Source of the DNA: the human T2T-CHM13v2.0 reference genome, Homo sapiens
Assembly (NCBI RefSeq): GCF_009914755.1
Contig: NC_060927.1
Length of the DNA stretch: 64,000 nt
Direction: 5' to 3' (one strand)
Within the stretch, counting starts at the first letter, position 1; each line of letters begins with the position of its first letter. Positions 58,769 to 64,000 of the stretch are shown here, in pieces. A program made the position numbers and the translations under genes. The notes beneath the pieces were generated by a model that made no database searches, was not told the DNA's origin, and saw only the letters and a program-made list of their open reading frames with translations.

Positions 58769-59782
58769 CTTTGTGGTTTTTATCTACCTTTGGTCTTTGA
58801 TGATGGTGATGTACAGATGGGCTTTTGGTGTAGATGTCCTTTCTGTTTGTTAGTTTTCCTTCTAATAGTCAGGACCCTCAGCTGCAGGTCTGTTGGAGTT
58901 TACTGGAGGTCCACTCCAGACCCTGTTTGCCTGGGTATCAGCAGCAGTGGCTGCAGAACAGTGGATATTGGTGAACTGCAAATGCTGCTACCTGATCGTT
59001 CCTCCGGAAATTTTGTCTCAGAGGAGTACCCGGCCGTGTGAGGTGTCAGTACGCCCCTACTGGGGGGTGCCTCCCAGTTAGGCTGCTGGGGGGTCAGGGA
59101 CCCGCTTGAGGAGCCAGTCTGCCCGTTCTCAGATCTCCAGCTGCATGCTGGGAGAACCACTGCTCTCTTCAAAACTGTCAGACAGGGACATTTAAGTCTG
59201 CAGAGGTTATTGCTGTCTTTTGTTTGTCTGTGCCCTGCCCCCAGAGGTGGAGCCTACAGAGGCAGGCAGGCCTCCTTGAGCTGTGGTGGGCTCCACCCAG
59301 TTCAAGCTTCAGGGCCGCTTTGTTTACCTACTCAAGCCTGAGCAATGGCAGGCGCCCCTCCCCCAGCCTTGCTGCTGCCTTGCAGTTTGATCTCAGACTG
59401 CTGTGCTAGCAGTGAGCGAGGCTCCATGGGCGTAGGACCCTCTGAGCCAGGTGTGGGATATAATCTCCCAGTGTGCCGTTTGATAAGCCCTCTGGAAAAG
59501 TGCAGTATTAGGGTGAGAGTGACCCGATTTTCCAGGTGCAGTCTGTCACCCCTTTCTTTGACTAGGAAAGGGAATTCCCTGACCCCTTGCGCTTCCCGGG
59601 TGAGGTGATGCCTCTCCCTGCTTCGGCTCACGCACAGTGCGCTGCACCCACTGTCCGGCACTCCCCAGTGAGATGAACCCAGTACCTCAGTTGTAAATGC
59701 AGAAATCACCCATCTTCTGCGTCGCTCACACTGGAAGCTGTAGACTGGAGCTGTTCCTATTCGGCCATCTTGGCTCCACCCC
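58769..59782 (-). promoter_or_regulatory. L1 5'UTR: sense promoter (YY1 site) and antisense promoter region
   Basis: YY1 motif CAAGATGGCC intact (plus strand ggccatcttg at 59763-59772); GC-rich with partly decayed CpGs. Confidence 0.8.
59345..59608 (+). CDS. L1 ORF0 homologue (antisense 5'UTR ORF), open, 87 aa
   Basis: MAGAPPP..PCSLISDCCAS..GVGPSEPGVGY..IRV.VTRFSRC matches primate L1 ORF0; start context gcaATGG; donors CAG/GTGTGG (59450/1) and CAG/GTGCAG (59535/6). Expression unknown. Confidence 0.7.
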   Translation: MAGAPPPALLLPCSLISDCCASSERGSMGVGPSEPGVGYNLPVCRLISPLEKCSIRVRVTRFSRCSLSPLSLTRKGNSLTPCASRVR

Positions 59783-59796
59783 CAGTCTGACTAGAA

Positions 59797-61385
59797 GTTT
59801 ACGAATGTTATTAATTTTTCAAAGAATCAGCTTTGTGCCTGAATTATTTTCCTCCTTTTTAAAATTTTTATACTATCATTTCAGGCTGATTTTTATTATT
59901 TTTTTCTTCAGCTTACTTTGGGTATAGTTTTCTCTTTTTATTCTGATCTTTTAGTGTGAAATCTGGGGTAATTGATTTGAGGTCTTTCTTCTTTTTTCTA
60001 ATATAGGCATTTAATGCTATAAATTTCCCCTTAAGTACTACTTTAGTGGTATTCTACAAATACTGACGTGTTGTGTTTTCATTAACATTTAGTTTAAAAC
60101 AGTTTTAATTTCCCTTGTGATTTCTTCTTTGATTCCTAGGTTATTTTGCAGTACATTATTTAGTTTACAAGTATTTGGGATATTTCTAGAGATCTTTCTG
60201 TTATTGATTTCTAATTAGCAGAACTTGCATCTTTTAAGGTTTACTGAGGCTTGTTTTATGGTCCAGAACATGCCCTATCTTGGTAAATGTTCCAAGTCCC
60301 CTTTCAGAAAAAAATATATGTGTGTTCCATTATTGTTCAGTGGAAGGTTCTATAAATGTCAATTAGGTCAAGTTAGTTGATAGTGGGGTAAAAGTCCAGT
60401 GTACCCTTACTCACTTTTCTATCTACTTATTCTCTTAATTATTGTGCTTCATATATTTTGTAGCTCTGTTTTTTGCCTAGAGATTGAGAACTATTATGTC
60501 CTCTTGATAAATTGTCCCCTTTATCATTATGAAATGATTTTCTTTATCCCTGGTAGTATTTTGTTTTCTGAAATCCACTTTGCCTGATTTAATGTAACCA
60601 CTTACCTTTTTTTTTAACTGGTGATTATTGATATTGTAAGGTTTACATCTATCATCTTGCTATTTGTTTTCTATTTGTTTCAGATTTCAAATATTCTTGA
60701 GCTTTATTTGAGGATGCAGTGATATTACTTGGGAAACAGTTTCATTCATTCTGGTGTTCCTTCCAAGGGTCGTTAGGAAGGAACAGAATCATATTTAGTC
60801 TAAGGTTATTCCCTACAACCTAGGCCAGACCCTTCCAAGTCCTCAACCCACTATCCCATGAATTATGAGGTTTTCCTGTCTGGGTAGTGGAAACAGGCAT
60901 GATTTCAGGGCCTGTGTGCGCCTATTACCTCTAAACCTTGTTTTTTCTGATTTCTTTGCATGCATGCACCAAACAGCACTCTGCTAAATGCTTGAGGGAG
61001 AAACCCTTTGTGGATCTCTGGAGGTCTCTTTGTGTGCAGCTCTATTATTTCTGGTATTCTGTCCTATTAATTCTGGCTGCAGTAATCTCTCCAGTTGCCT
61101 CTGTGACTCTTCAACTGAAGAAGTCTTTTGGGCTCTGTCTTATTTCCCCTCCTGCATTTTGGCCTAAAATCTCTATGAATGCGATAAGCTGGGGCAGTCA
61201 TAGGACTCATTTTGTTTGTTTCCCATCTCTCAGGGGAAAACTGATCCTTAATGATCTAATTTCTTAAAAATTTGTTTCATGTATTTGTTTGCTTATTGTT
61301 TTGCTTTTTGTTTTGTTTTGTTTTTGAGCGTTTCAGGTAAGAAGGTAAATCCAGCCCTTATTACTCTAATTTAGCTAGAATAGGG
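59797..61385 (-). mobile_element. Old L1M continuation (ORF2 5' part, then an L1M 5'-end-like region)
   Basis: Resumes in register after the TSD (attaatttttcaaagaatcagc; atttaatgctataaatttcccc; gtcaattaggtcaag); 60690-61385 resembles L1MC/MD 5' sequence. Confidence 0.78.
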
Positions 61386-61604
61386 AATACAAAAGGATGC
61401 AAAATTGAATTAATAGTACCATATGACTTTCTTTCCTATATTAGTTTGTTACCAACATCCTCGTGGTTAAAATGAAACTTTAGGTTTCCCTGTGGATTTT
61501 TCTAATGTAGTCATGAAGCAAAATTCCAACGACAATGGATAGTTGACTGCACAATACAACAACTGTTCTTAATGAAATAAAGAAGATTCACATTCCTACA
61601 TTAT

Positions 61605-62040
61605 ATTAGTGAGGGCAATATGAGCTGGTGTAACAACAGTTCTCTATATTTTAGTGACTGAACGTGAAGAAAAGTTTCATTTCTTGTTCACATTGGAGTA
61701 GAACATGATGTTTCCAATGTGCTGCAGACTTTTTTTGATGAAATAACTTGGGGACCCAGATTCTTTCATCCCCTGTCTCTGTCATTTCCCAGTGCCTCAG
61801 AATTTTTTGTTTTGTTTTTGTTTTGAATATAGTTAGAAGACAGAGAAGAGGGTGCAGAAGCCACATTGTTCTCCATCACCTAAACCCAGATATGATACTC
61901 ATTACTTCAACTCACATGCCTTGGCAAGATCTAGATGCAGGAGGTTCTGGCAACTGTTGCCCTGACAAGCCAACATATAGCAACAGCTGTACCCCAAAAA
62001 GGCAAGCAAGCTCTCTGCTGAATTGCTCACCATCTCTTGA
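61605..62040 (-). mobile_element. MLT1 (K/L-like MaLR) LTR
   Basis: gctggtgtaacaac...aagtttcatttcttgttcac...gggacccagattctttcatc...cattacttcaactcacat. Confidence 0.6.
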
Positions 62041-62654
62041 CAAACATAAAGAACTCTTTGGTCTTTTAACCCCTTCTAAAATATATGCTTCATTTTTCCC
62101 CCCATGCCTCCAACTCTGATGCTGTGCAGTAGCCTCAATGTCTCTTTCATCCACTCACGCTCTTAAGGGAGCCTTCTTCTTTTGTATAACTAAAAAAGCA
62201 CACTAGGTTTCTTTTCATAGCACAATCCCCACATTTGTATCAAAATCACACATCACATCTCACCAGGTGATTGCTGAATAATCTCAGGGACTGTGGAGTC
62301 CATACAAAAGGAAGCCATGATTAGCTTCAAAGCATTTGTGAAGTAGACCTGCTTGGCTCCCTTTCAGCCAGGTAGGCTAGTACCTGTTGGACTTCTTTGG
62401 GATTAGTAGACTGCTCCCTCCAGTGACATAAAAAAATCATAAGCCAGATAGGGAAGTTATGAGAATTAAATGAGATAATTCATGTGAGGTGCTAAACATG
62501 GTCCCAGGCACATATAGAAAGCAATTCATAATCAAAGCTCTTGTAATTATTAGTTAATGGTAGGATTTTAAGGAAATATTTAAGTGCCCTCCTTGTGGAT
62601 GGCGATAATATATTGAAAAAGTTAAGCTCGTATTGTTTTCTTCAACAAAAAAAA

Positions 62655-62985
62655 TTGGATATTATGTATATATAAAACAAATATGCATAGAATGTACCCC
62701 ACAAATACTTACAAACATAATATATGCATATTTGTTCTATGCATAGAACGTGTAATGATCAAGTCAGGATATTCAGGGTATACATCACTGAAGTATTTAT
62801 CCTACCAGTGTGTTGTGTACATGTCAAGTCCTTTCTTCTAGCTATTTTGAAAGATATAATACCTTGTTGTTAACTATAGTCACCCTACTCTTCTATCAAA
62901 CATTCAAACTTTTTCTGCAATTAACTTATGTTGTTTTTAACTATAGTCACCCTACTCTTCTATTAACCAGTAGAACTTATGCTGC
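62655..62985 (-). mobile_element. L1MA (MA3/MA4-like) 3'-end fragment, locally rearranged
   Basis: atgcatagaacgtgtaatgatcaagtcagg...tctagctattttgaaa...gttaactatagtcaccctact. Confidence 0.85.
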
Positions 62986-63164
62986 AATGAAAGCATAATA
63001 AGCTTTCATTATGTGCTAGCTGTCTGATTCTTCAAGAAAATGGGTTTTCCCCCTCACCTTCTGACATATCCCTAAAATAAGGTCTGAACACCTGTAACTG
63101 AATCCCCTTATAAGTTTTCACCACCCAGAAAGAGGCAGCAAAGAATACCAATAAACAACTTTGG

Positions 63165-63425
63165 TTCTGAATTCTGAAATCAAGGCCCAGCTTGAATTAC
63201 TTACTATTGATTACTTACTAGCCCTGTGAGCTCCAATTCAGAATTCAAGGTCCAGGTCTATTACTTACTATCTGTGTGAGCTCTAGCAACCTCTTTGCAA
63301 ATCTGTGAAATTTAGTCAGTGACATTCCTTCATAGAAACATTATCAATGGAGAGAGATAATATATGTAAAGTACTTAGCAGAGAAGATGGTGTATAGTAA
63401 GTGCCTAATAAATGTTATTATAATT
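63165..63425 (+). mobile_element. MIR SINE with internal duplication
   Basis: attacttacta..tgtgagctc occurs twice; gagataatatatgtaaagtacttagca...tagtaagtgcctaataaatgttatt. Confidence 0.75.
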
Positions 63426-63845
63426 AATATGATTATAAAGAAGAGGCAGTAAAATGTAGTAGGTAGAATATTGAGATTGGAGGGAGATGACTCAAATTTA
63501 TGTCTAGGTTTTGTTGCTTTTAACTGCTGAGGCTCAGTATTCTCACCAATAAAGTGGGGTTAATAATATTCCCCTCCAGGGGTTGAAGGAGTGATTGTAT
63601 TATAAAGTATGTGAAAGTAAATAAAACCTTGCCTCAAACCCATAAAATCTTAATTGCGTGTAAAAATTCTTTACTTCATTTATAGTATCTGTCACCCTAG
63701 GCAAGTTGACCTTTCTTTCACATAAATTATGTCTTTTATTTGGCCTTCTGTAGTTAGTATCAAAACAAGACAAAACAAAACAAGATTGTAAACAATTATA
63801 AAGAATAATACTGCATACAGCATCATTATTTAAGAATAGAATGAC

Positions 63846-64000
63846 GGCCGGGGCTGGTGGCTTACGCCTGTAATCCCAGCACTTTGGGAGGCCGATGCGG
63901 GCAGATCACCTGAGACCAGGAGCTCCAGACCAGCCTGGTCCAACACGGTGAAGCCCCGTCTCTACTAAAAATACAAAAATTAGCTGGGCATGGTGGTGGG
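63846..64000 (+). mobile_element. AluS (Sx-like), cut by the window end
   Basis: ggccggggctggtggcttacgcctgtaatcccagc...gatcacctgag...; upstream tt/aagaatagaatgac resembles an L1 endonuclease site. Confidence 0.95.

Overview
Human-like (primate) non-coding genomic DNA: AT-rich, CpG-poor and largely made of interspersed repeats. I found no host protein-coding exon, RNA gene or CpG island. The only recognisable reading frames belong to LINE-1. The main feature is a full-length ~6.14 kb L1PA4-like element on the minus strand (53642-59782, 14-bp target-site duplication, TSD). Its ORF1 and ORF2 are dead, but it keeps its YY1 start site, the ZNF93-target segment and an open antisense ORF0 (87 aa). 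It is nested inside an older, nearly full-length L1M. The window also holds a 5'-truncated L1PA3-like copy at the left edge, 14 Alu/FLAM copies, an LTR41-like solo LTR with two CTCF motifs split by an Alu, other ERVL/MaLR LTRs, hAT MITEs, MIR/L2/CR1 relics and simple repeats. Every L1 piece I could orient is on the minus strand, which suggests an intron of a plus-strand gene. I did not find a convincing new biological system. The best leads are the ORF0/antisense-promoter L1, the CTCF-bearing LTR, and several small template-switch and duplication scars. Subfamily calls come from remembered consensus sequences, not an alignment run.
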